Source: a virus
Virus record (IMG/VR): IMGVR_UViG_3300011118_000005
Location: 2,682 to 66,681 of that record
Reading direction: 5' to 3' (one strand)
DNA: 64,000 bases
Numbering within the stretch: position 1 is the first letter of the stretch; each line of letters begins with the position of its first letter. Shown here in pieces: positions 57,094 through 64,000 of this stretch. Position numbers and translations under genes: made by a program. The notes below the pieces were generated by a model, which saw nothing but the letters and a program-made list of their open reading frames with translations, ran no database searches and was not told the DNA's origin.

Positions 57094-60000
57094 TCTAACT
57101 CTGGGGCAGTGTCAGGGTCTCCATTCTTTAGACCAGGAGCCAAGGTCTCACCAGAATCCGCACCGGGGGCGTTTTCATCTCCAGGAGGTTCATTAACATC
57201 TTCACATTCACCAAAGGCCCCGGAACCCTCGATTCCAGTGATGCCACCGGCAGCATAAACATCTGTTTGATTTGCAGCGTATCCGCAATTGGCAAACAGT
57301 GCTTGTGCCTCTGCTTTCTTTGCTGATTGAAACGCTGTGGCGGCGAATAAAGCGCCAAATGAATGACAGAAAGTATGCAGTCCTGACTGGCATGGACGAC
57401 CCCCAGTGGTCGGCCCACATGGTCCTCCAGTGGGGCAGGGTTCGCCTTCTGCCTGCACAGTGGTAACATCAAGAGGAGTCACATAAGTTACTGTAACCTC
57501 ATATACGCATCCTCCGTTGGCTGGTCCTGGATCTCCGCAAGCATTTTTATTCTCTTTATCATCATTGGTTCCAGAGCCACCGCCGCCGTTTAATCCACTG
57601 GCTTCAATGCCGTCTAGTTTATCCTCAAAGTTTTTGTTCGCGAGCGGCTCCACGATCCTGATAATTGGCTCAACGTCGTCTGCGATTTCAGCACCCGTTG
57701 CCAAGTCGCAGACGAGAGTGGGGAATGTATCGCCGAGATCCGAAGGGTGTTTATCGCCATCGGTCGCGAGGACCGCTGTGTCCGGATCGTAACCCCCACG
57801 AAGAGGATGACCGATTGGCGGTATGACTTGGAAGTCGTAGCCATCTCCCGATTGCCCTTCTGCACCATCAAGAGGATGGATGGATGCCTCCACTTGCTGG
57901 CTCGGCCACGCCCAGAAGTATGGCGCATTAGTGCCGGATAAAATTGGGGTCCACGCTTTGAATTTGATCGTATTGGTATCAACATTGTAGGCTGCTTCTT
58001 GTATGATAATCTTAGTTGTTGGGAATTGATCAATGTCTAATGTAATACAATCAAAAACATCCCAGTTCAATTGCGTGATAGGTGTCTCAAATTCCACGAT
58101 TCTCCATGTATTTGATTTTTGGATCATCCAATAGGTGGCAGACTTCTGTATGGTGTCAAAAGTATTTTGTGTAAAGTAGTCATATTCTTTATTAAACATT
58201 CCATACTTTGGAATATTGTTCTTTAGGACAAAATCAAAATCAACTGGATCATTTTTATTGACCCCGGCCTCACCTTCCTTCCACGATATCTGGTGCCGGG
58301 TCTCAAGATCTTCGGTTTCCGTGTGACTAAAACTAAAAGTCTCCGTCAGAATATCACTCTCAGTTAAAGTCCTAAGAGAGGTTGGTTCTGGTGAAAGATA
58401 CGTTATATACATTACGTCATCTCGGATATATATGGCGCAACGGGCCTGATAGGCAATATCCCGTATTAACTGGAGTACACTTGGCCTCGATTTCACAAAG
58501 AAATTAGATGGGTAGTTTGTGAGACTGGATTTTACGGAGGCGAAGGTTGTTGTGTCTACCGTATAATCAGTGTACTTTTCAACCAGCCACTGGATGATAT
58601 CCGCTGGGTTCGGGCCTACAGATGAGGTAAATGAAACAAATAATTCGTCGTCCCATTCTTCATCATCAATTGTTGATAATGGAGATTCCAACCATATTTC
58701 TACTACATCGTATCCTGTGTAGTCAGTAGTATGGACTGTATACAAATCCGAGTCTACCTCAGTCAATAATGAGGTATCCCCGTAAGTCCTATATGCAGCC
58801 ACTTGATCTACAGTACCCGGAAGAAGGGAAACTATGTTGATAATCTCTGATTCTTCCGCTAAAAATACATCTGTTCCAGCAGGTAGCCAAATGAAATTAC
58901 CTGCCTCAAACTCGTTATAGTATCTCCATGATTCACCGGAACCATTTCTAACATCCTCCCCAAACGATCCACCTCCTTGAGCACAGGTTGCAGTGTCAGT
59001 GGGAAGATCATCTCCACCTTGATACCGCCAACCTAATCCGGCATCGCTAATCTGTTGGCATGGCGGGTTATCTATGGTTGCATTAGCTGGATGGTCGGTA
59101 CTGATGACGAAGAATGATTCCCCCGTCATAATTCCTGTGTAACGTACCTCGCCAATTTTAATAGTAATTCTTTCGCCTTGTGGGAAGTCTTCTCCATTGC
59201 GAACCGTAAATGGATTCAAGACGTATTGCTCTTGCTGTTCTTTTTCCTGCAAAATTTTACATATTTCATTGAACCTTCTATCCAGGCACTGTTGGTCTTC
59301 TTGCGTATTGCGCACATTATATTGCTGGTCCAACTCTTGAGTAAATTGTTCAAGTGCTGCTTCATAGGCATCTATGTTGGCAAAAGATAGCTGAATCATT
59401 GCAGACGAGTTCTTGAACTTATTGATAATAGTAGTTCGCTGTATTTGTTGCTCTGGAGTAAGTTGTTTTTTGACATTGGTTGTAACCAAAGCACATTGCA
59501 AGTAGTTGGCTTGGCACAGACGTTCATCGAGAGTTGGATCAGGAACCCCGATTCCTTGAGCTAGGAATCCTTTCCTCAAGGCTGTCACCCGCACCGCTTC
59601 CATGTTGCAGACTTGCCCGAAAACGAGGGGCCAGGGCTTGTTAGCTTCGCCAGGTGGGACGAAGGGGAAGTCCCCATCCTCCATCGTAAAACCTGCCTCG
59701 GAGTCTTCCACTTTAGAAAATACCGAGAAGGATAAAGTTCTATCAGATTCATTCCACGTATAAGGGGAATTAAGCACGCCCTCAAACATTAAAGCCTTGT
59801 CTGTTACTGGTAGACCTTGGAATGTAAGATATACTCTAATTGGCCGCAAATGAATATCATTATTATCTATGGTGTTTCTAAGAGACCCATCAGCGTCGTT
59901 GAGAATTAGATTAACACTTTGGCTATCAGACCCTCCGCTGACAATAGTTGTGGTGTCGAATTGTCCTATACTTTGTATCAATGGGTACGGGTAATCCTGT

Positions 60001-60131
60001 CCGTTCAATTTTCTATCAGTATAGGCTGTGAACTCAGTACCATTCCAAGAAATTTCTACCAGCACCATTGGCTCACCGCCAAATTGCTTATCAATCTCAC
60101 CCTGTATAGCTGTGGAAAATGTTCTTGGCAT
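57090..60131 (-). CDS. tail tip/baseplate hub-like protein
   Basis: >1000 aa; WPLVFG, NPADIIQWL, Cys-rich C-terminus; in the structural cluster. Confidence 0.7.
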   Translation of the reverse strand: MPRTFSTAIQGEIDKQFGGEPMVLVEISWNGTEFTAYTDRKLNGQDYPYPLIQSIGQFDTTTIVSGGSDSQSVNLILNDADGSLRNTIDNNDIHLRPIRVYLTFQGLPVTDKALMFEGVLNSPYTWNESDRTLSFSVFSKVEDSEAGFTMEDGDFPFVPPGEANKPWPLVFGQVCNMEAVRVTALRKGFLAQGIGVPDPTLDERLCQANYLQCALVTTNVKKQLTPEQQIQRTTIINKFKNSSAMIQLSFANIDAYEAALEQFTQELDQQYNVRNTQEDQQCLDRRFNEICKILQEKEQQEQYVLNPFTVRNGEDFPQGERITIKIGEVRYTGIMTGESFFVISTDHPANATIDNPPCQQISDAGLGWRYQGGDDLPTDTATCAQGGGSFGEDVRNGSGESWRYYNEFEAGNFIWLPAGTDVFLAEESEIINIVSLLPGTVDQVAAYRTYGDTSLLTEVDSDLYTVHTTDYTGYDVVEIWLESPLSTIDDEEWDDELFVSFTSSVGPNPADIIQWLVEKYTDYTVDTTTFASVKSSLTNYPSNFFVKSRPSVLQLIRDIAYQARCAIYIRDDVMYITYLSPEPTSLRTLTESDILTETFSFSHTETEDLETRHQISWKEGEAGVNKNDPVDFDFVLKNNIPKYGMFNKEYDYFTQNTFDTIQKSATYWMIQKSNTWRIVEFETPITQLNWDVFDCITLDIDQFPTTKIIIQEAAYNVDTNTIKFKAWTPILSGTNAPYFWAWPSQQVEASIHPLDGAEGQSGDGYDFQVIPPIGHPLRGGYDPDTAVLATDGDKHPSDLGDTFPTLVCDLATGAEIADDVEPIIRIVEPLANKNFEDKLDGIEASGLNGGGGSGTNDDKENKNACGDPGPANGGCVYEVTVTYVTPLDVTTVQAEGEPCPTGGPCGPTTGGRPCQSGLHTFCHSFGALFAATAFQSAKKAEAQALFANCGYAANQTDVYAAGGITGIEGSGAFGECEDVNEPPGDENAPGADSGETLAPGLKNGDPDTAPELD

Positions 60132-60517
60132 TATACTTTCTCCTCCAAACTCAGAGTCCACCTATAAACTTCACCGCTAGGATAGCCTCCGGCCCTTCCT
60201 TCCCCAGCAAGCTCTAATGGATTGATGGTGATGTATCCAATTATTCCTGTACTATTATGGTCAAGGACTCGAACTGCGTCTCCGGAATATGCTTCAACAA
60301 ATTGCTCAGTCTCTCTTGCTTTGTCTTTTGTCCCTAAAAAGTCCCATTGATATACCTGCCTTGCACGTTTAGACTTGATGTATGTATACAATGTTCCATC
60401 CATCGCTCGCATGGTTTGCACAGTCGCGGCAAGATTTTTTTGATTGCCCTCTCGTGGGCTTGGTAAAACAAGAGTGCTTTGTAAGAGAGGATACGGTCCT
60501 TGTACTATGAATGTCAT
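60131..60517 (-). CDS. distal tail-like protein
   Basis: RAMDGTLYTY...W pattern typical of small tail proteins. Confidence 0.6.
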   Translation of the reverse strand: MTFIVQGPYPLLQSTLVLPSPREGNQKNLAATVQTMRAMDGTLYTYIKSKRARQVYQWDFLGTKDKARETEQFVEAYSGDAVRVLDHNSTGIIGYITINPLELAGEGRAGGYPSGEVYRWTLSLEEKV

Positions 60518-63360
60518 GATGTATAAACCTTTTCAGTAATACTTATGTTATTCATATTTACTGTTGTGGTAGTATTGTTATTGGCCCAACCAACCATTGC
60601 TATATCTTCTGACAATAGTTTTTCCTCCGCTCTGACTTCGGTCCAATCAGTTTCCACAGTATCTTTGGCATACCAAGTAGCCGTCCACGTACCGGCACCA
60701 CCTCTAGTGTCTAATTGTAATCGAAGATCAATATCATCAGCTTCTGCTTTTAGAGTGCCGTCTGAAAAGTCTACAGTATCGGCCTCGCCTGAAGTATTGT
60801 CTCCAAGCCTACAAGCATTTTTCTGTGTGGCGCTTATATTTCGTAATACAAATCCTACTTTCAATGTTGTAGGATCAAATGCCCCGTACGCCGAACCGCC
60901 TTTATTGTTTGGGGCAGCATTGAGACCTTCTCCCAAGAAGAATGTAGTTTCATTTCCAGAGGACTCAGCAAGCGATCTGGCCTCCCACTCAATGTCATAA
61001 ATAGTGCCGCTCTGTGGTGCGAATGGGTAATAGGCCCCGCTGTTTATAGCTGTCTGCGATCCATCTGCTTGATAATTCTCGTGAGCCGACCATGTACTGG
61101 TGCCGGTATCTGGTGATTGCCCATGGAGATCTACTGCTCCTGAACCACTAAAATCATCTGCTAGTACGGGGGTCTCATTCACAGCGGCAATAGTGTCGTA
61201 GAATGTGATAGTGTCAGTGAGGCTATGAGCCAGGATTCCAGATACAACGATTTCATCTGTGAGCCCAATGTCGTGGGACAGAGATCTTCCCCAATCGGCA
61301 TTTAGCAATACTGAGTCGCTTATGGTGAGTTCCTGGTCTCCCTGAGACCCATCGAGTTGAATACCCTCAAACTCAAATGTCATAGTCCACCAACCATCAC
61401 GATCCTCCACTGCCACCTCATTCGGTGTAGTGATGATTCCTCTCCATGAGATTCCCTCCCAATCATGTAGCATAATTTCTATACCAAGATTTGTTTGGAA
61501 GAAATCGAGCAAATCGTTAATCTTGTCGGGACAATTTCCTTTTCCATCACTCAGTGCTACAATAGTGAATAACAGTGTATCTATTGACGGCCAATTTGGG
61601 TCTTGATATACACTAAGTTCACCGCCACGGGTTTCACGGTTAATTCTTGTGTAACCTATGCGGTGCCTGTCATCAGTCTCTGGTGACCGAAGATACAATT
61701 TTTCCTTCGGACCAGATAATGTTTCTAGCATGAAGTTCGCATTAAATGTTAATGGTTCCTCTGGTATACCAGAAGCAGGCCCAGAACCTTCAAATCGATT
61801 GTATTGTTTTGTGACACACGGATTATCGATGAAATAGGCTGTCGCATCCTCTATAAAATCTGTGTCTGATAATGATCTAATAAATTCATTCTCGGTTTGC
61901 ACTACGTCGGTCAATAGCATAATCGAATTTGTTATATTAGCTATGCCGACTGACACAAACTGCTGAAAATTTAGATCACTATCTATAGGATGTATTCTAG
62001 CACCAACGTCTGTTAATGCCAGTGTGTTTGATGCTACTAGATCAATCCCGCGCCTAGCATTATCTCCAGTGAGATTCAGATCATGCTCTATTTCTATTGC
62101 CGCCCATGGTGCCCCGAAGCAAAAGGATACTGCATCCCTAATTCCAAGATGTTGTGGTAGGGCAACATTGATCGGCCCAATTTTAACAATATCTTGAGTT
62201 AAGTTGAGATCGTCTTCAAGATTCTGAAAAAGACCAGTGTCCACGGTCTGTACGAAGTTCAAGACGCTAGATGGTACTTGGCGGTCGCCAACTACATTTA
62301 AGTGTATTACACCATGTTCCAGTTCTAATTCATTTTCAACTGGTTCAGTCTCAATAACCTCCTGAGTAAATGCTAACGTATTAGATACGCTTTTGTTAAT
62401 ATCTTGTAGTTTGGCTGCTTCAGATACAAACGATATTGGGTCATTTACAGTCTTTGTAAAATCACCAGTCCCAATTGCTTCATCAGTTAGGCTGAGATCG
62501 TGCGCCGCGCTTCTTGGAAATACTCCAGTAGCTACTGCTTCATCAGTTAGAGAAAGATCATCAGCTTCTTCTTCTTCATGTATTGTTGCACTTCCTATGC
62601 CATTAGCAATAAATATCATTGGCTCAAACATGGCCAATGGATTTTCACCTAACATTATCAGTTCGGAAGGAGATAAGGTACGATTGAATACCAAAAAGTA
62701 TCGGTAAACTGCCAAGTCACTTCCGAATGAAATATGGCGTCCAAGCTCCAATTCATTTGTGGCATCTGCTGTTCTGGCGGCATTACTTGTGATTGAGGCG
62801 ATTACAATCCCATTTTGCCAAATTTCCATCCCACGGTCGCCAGATACGAAGGCCCAGTTATCATCTCCCACAGTTGGGTCACCGCTACCGTGAGTTGTTG
62901 TATTTACTTGTGAGGTGCCTGGAGTGTTTCCACCAAATGCCCAATAGGCCGCTCCGTCCGTCCACTTCGGGATGCCGTTGCAGAATCTGGTAGCAACTAT
63001 GCTATCAGACCCGAAAGCCCCACCTTGGCGCAATGTTGCATCAGTTTTTTCATACCCCATTAAGATAGTAATATTGTTCAGAGGTATGATGTCATCCATC
63101 GCACCTAGAACTGTTCTATCGCCAGTAGAATCATGCTGATGGCCCCATTTCCCATTAAACCAAATTACATCTCCGGCACCAGTGGTTCTTTGATTGCGAC
63201 CCGACAAATCTCTAAGATATTGTGTTGGGCCATCGATCTGTGGGGCAATACCCCACACCAAACTCTCTCTTAGAGTTGGCAAAAATGAGTCAGCTTTATC
63301 CCTAGCAACACCAAATTCGATTGCCGGAACTATGCCTCTATTTAATAAGATTTGAGACAT
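60514..63360 (-). CDS. tail protein with LamG/ConA-like N-terminal domain
   Basis: MEIWQNG...LELG...VFNRTLSPSE; repeated DDLSLTDEA-like units; TRGGEL tail domain. Confidence 0.7.
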   Translation of the reverse strand: MSQILLNRGIVPAIEFGVARDKADSFLPTLRESLVWGIAPQIDGPTQYLRDLSGRNQRTTGAGDVIWFNGKWGHQHDSTGDRTVLGAMDDIIPLNNITILMGYEKTDATLRQGGAFGSDSIVATRFCNGIPKWTDGAAYWAFGGNTPGTSQVNTTTHGSGDPTVGDDNWAFVSGDRGMEIWQNGIVIASITSNAARTADATNELELGRHISFGSDLAVYRYFLVFNRTLSPSELIMLGENPLAMFEPMIFIANGIGSATIHEEEEADDLSLTDEAVATGVFPRSAAHDLSLTDEAIGTGDFTKTVNDPISFVSEAAKLQDINKSVSNTLAFTQEVIETEPVENELELEHGVIHLNVVGDRQVPSSVLNFVQTVDTGLFQNLEDDLNLTQDIVKIGPINVALPQHLGIRDAVSFCFGAPWAAIEIEHDLNLTGDNARRGIDLVASNTLALTDVGARIHPIDSDLNFQQFVSVGIANITNSIMLLTDVVQTENEFIRSLSDTDFIEDATAYFIDNPCVTKQYNRFEGSGPASGIPEEPLTFNANFMLETLSGPKEKLYLRSPETDDRHRIGYTRINRETRGGELSVYQDPNWPSIDTLLFTIVALSDGKGNCPDKINDLLDFFQTNLGIEIMLHDWEGISWRGIITTPNEVAVEDRDGWWTMTFEFEGIQLDGSQGDQELTISDSVLLNADWGRSLSHDIGLTDEIVVSGILAHSLTDTITFYDTIAAVNETPVLADDFSGSGAVDLHGQSPDTGTSTWSAHENYQADGSQTAINSGAYYPFAPQSGTIYDIEWEARSLAESSGNETTFFLGEGLNAAPNNKGGSAYGAFDPTTLKVGFVLRNISATQKNACRLGDNTSGEADTVDFSDGTLKAEADDIDLRLQLDTRGGAGTWTATWYAKDTVETDWTEVRAEEKLLSEDIAMVGWANNNTTTTVNMNNISITEKVYTS

Positions 63361-63872
63361 TATTGGCCTTCCTGTGGCGCTGGGATGAGAACAATAGAAT
63401 GGGAGTCACCCGAGCTTGCTAAAGCTCTAGTCAATGACCAGTTGACAACAATGGGGGCAACATATCGGCCTGTGAGTTTGATGAAACATCTGCCCTGTAG
63501 CTCATCAGTAGCAGTAGTAGACACTGCCTTTACCGCCCTACAAAACAAAGTATTTTCTGCTTGATCCGGGGTGGCTGTGCCTTCAGCGGAAGATGTTGGG
63601 TCGGCAGTAAGCTGCCCGTCGAATCCAGTGACGGCATTGCTTTGTGTGAACCATAGCTCGACTAGATCACCAACTGCTGGTGCGGCTTCATAACCATCGA
63701 TGTGTAGCACAACTTCATACCAGTTTGGCCTTGGTGAGGAGCCCAAATCTAGGTATGCTCCGACTGCTATGCCTCCACTAACCGCAAGGCCACCAAGATC
63801 AAGCAATTTATCGCCGCCCGAGTCGGTCCAAGTTGTGGAAGTCTCTGATGCTTGGTATGATTTGGACGCCAT
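63360..63872 (-). CDS. probable structural protein
   Basis: 170-aa beta-rich ORF coupled to the tail gene. Confidence 0.6.
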   Translation of the reverse strand: MASKSYQASETSTTWTDSGGDKLLDLGGLAVSGGIAVGAYLDLGSSPRPNWYEVVLHIDGYEAAPAVGDLVELWFTQSNAVTGFDGQLTADPTSSAEGTATPDQAENTLFCRAVKAVSTTATDELQGRCFIKLTGRYVAPIVVNWSLTRALASSGDSHSIVLIPAPQEGQ

Positions 63873-63884
63873 AGTTCTTTCCTA

Positions 63885-63920
63885 GAAGACCCCAGCCCGC
63901 CCCGAAGGGCGAGCCAGGGG
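63885..63920 (-). terminator. hairpin with C(UUCG)G tetraloop
   Basis: CCCCTGGCTCGCCC-TTCG-GGGCGGGCTGGGG-TCTT. Confidence 0.7.
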
Positions 63921-63930
63921 AGAGGGTGGA

Positions 63931-63999
63931 CTAACCACTGACAGTGTAGGTAATCTTCAATGTATCACCATTGACGGCGTTTACAACAGACGCAAAGGC
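63931..63999 (-). CDS. C-terminus of a structural protein (truncated by window edge)
   Basis: AFASVVNAVNGDTLKITYTVSG*. Confidence 0.5.
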   Translation of the reverse strand, partial: AFASVVNAVNGDTLKITYTVSG

Positions 64000-64000
64000 C

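Noticed and set aside
1-64000. Stop-codon reassignment
   Set aside because: Long genes are intact in the standard code, and TAA, TAG and TGA all terminate genes.
1-64000. Prophage or host chromosomal DNA
   Set aside because: No integrase, att site or housekeeping operon is seen; host-like genes are single genes embedded in phage gene runs.

Overview
A 64-kb segment of a large, probably lytic, tailed dsDNA phage. Genes are densely packed and almost all on the minus strand. The exception is a plus-strand primase-helicase operon (49.5-54.8 kb) that diverges from an AT-rich control region at 48.9-49.5 kb. Layout: many small early/host-takeover genes (0-25 kb); nucleotide metabolism and replication (ThyX, dUTPase, class II RNR, DNA ligase, PolA, SNF2 helicase, two ParB-like proteins, primase-helicase, dNMP kinase); then ClpP and tail genes (55-64 kb). 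A Flp pilin, a small 'FDLEATRRERD' protein and the tmRNA tag suggest a Planctomycete host (inference). The most notable feature is an RNA module. A Ro60/TROVE gene is preceded by a tandem cluster of four Y-RNA-like ncRNAs behind a consensus promoter: three covarying ~62-70 nt mini Y RNAs with different loops, and one tRNA-shaped RNA carrying a circularly permuted Y module in place of its anticodon loop. The window also encodes a tmRNA, an RNA ligase, a small nucleotidyltransferase, and an Sm-like protein coupled to four Ser-Arg/Ser-Trp dipeptide-repeat proteins. All calls come from reading motifs by eye; no database searches were run.
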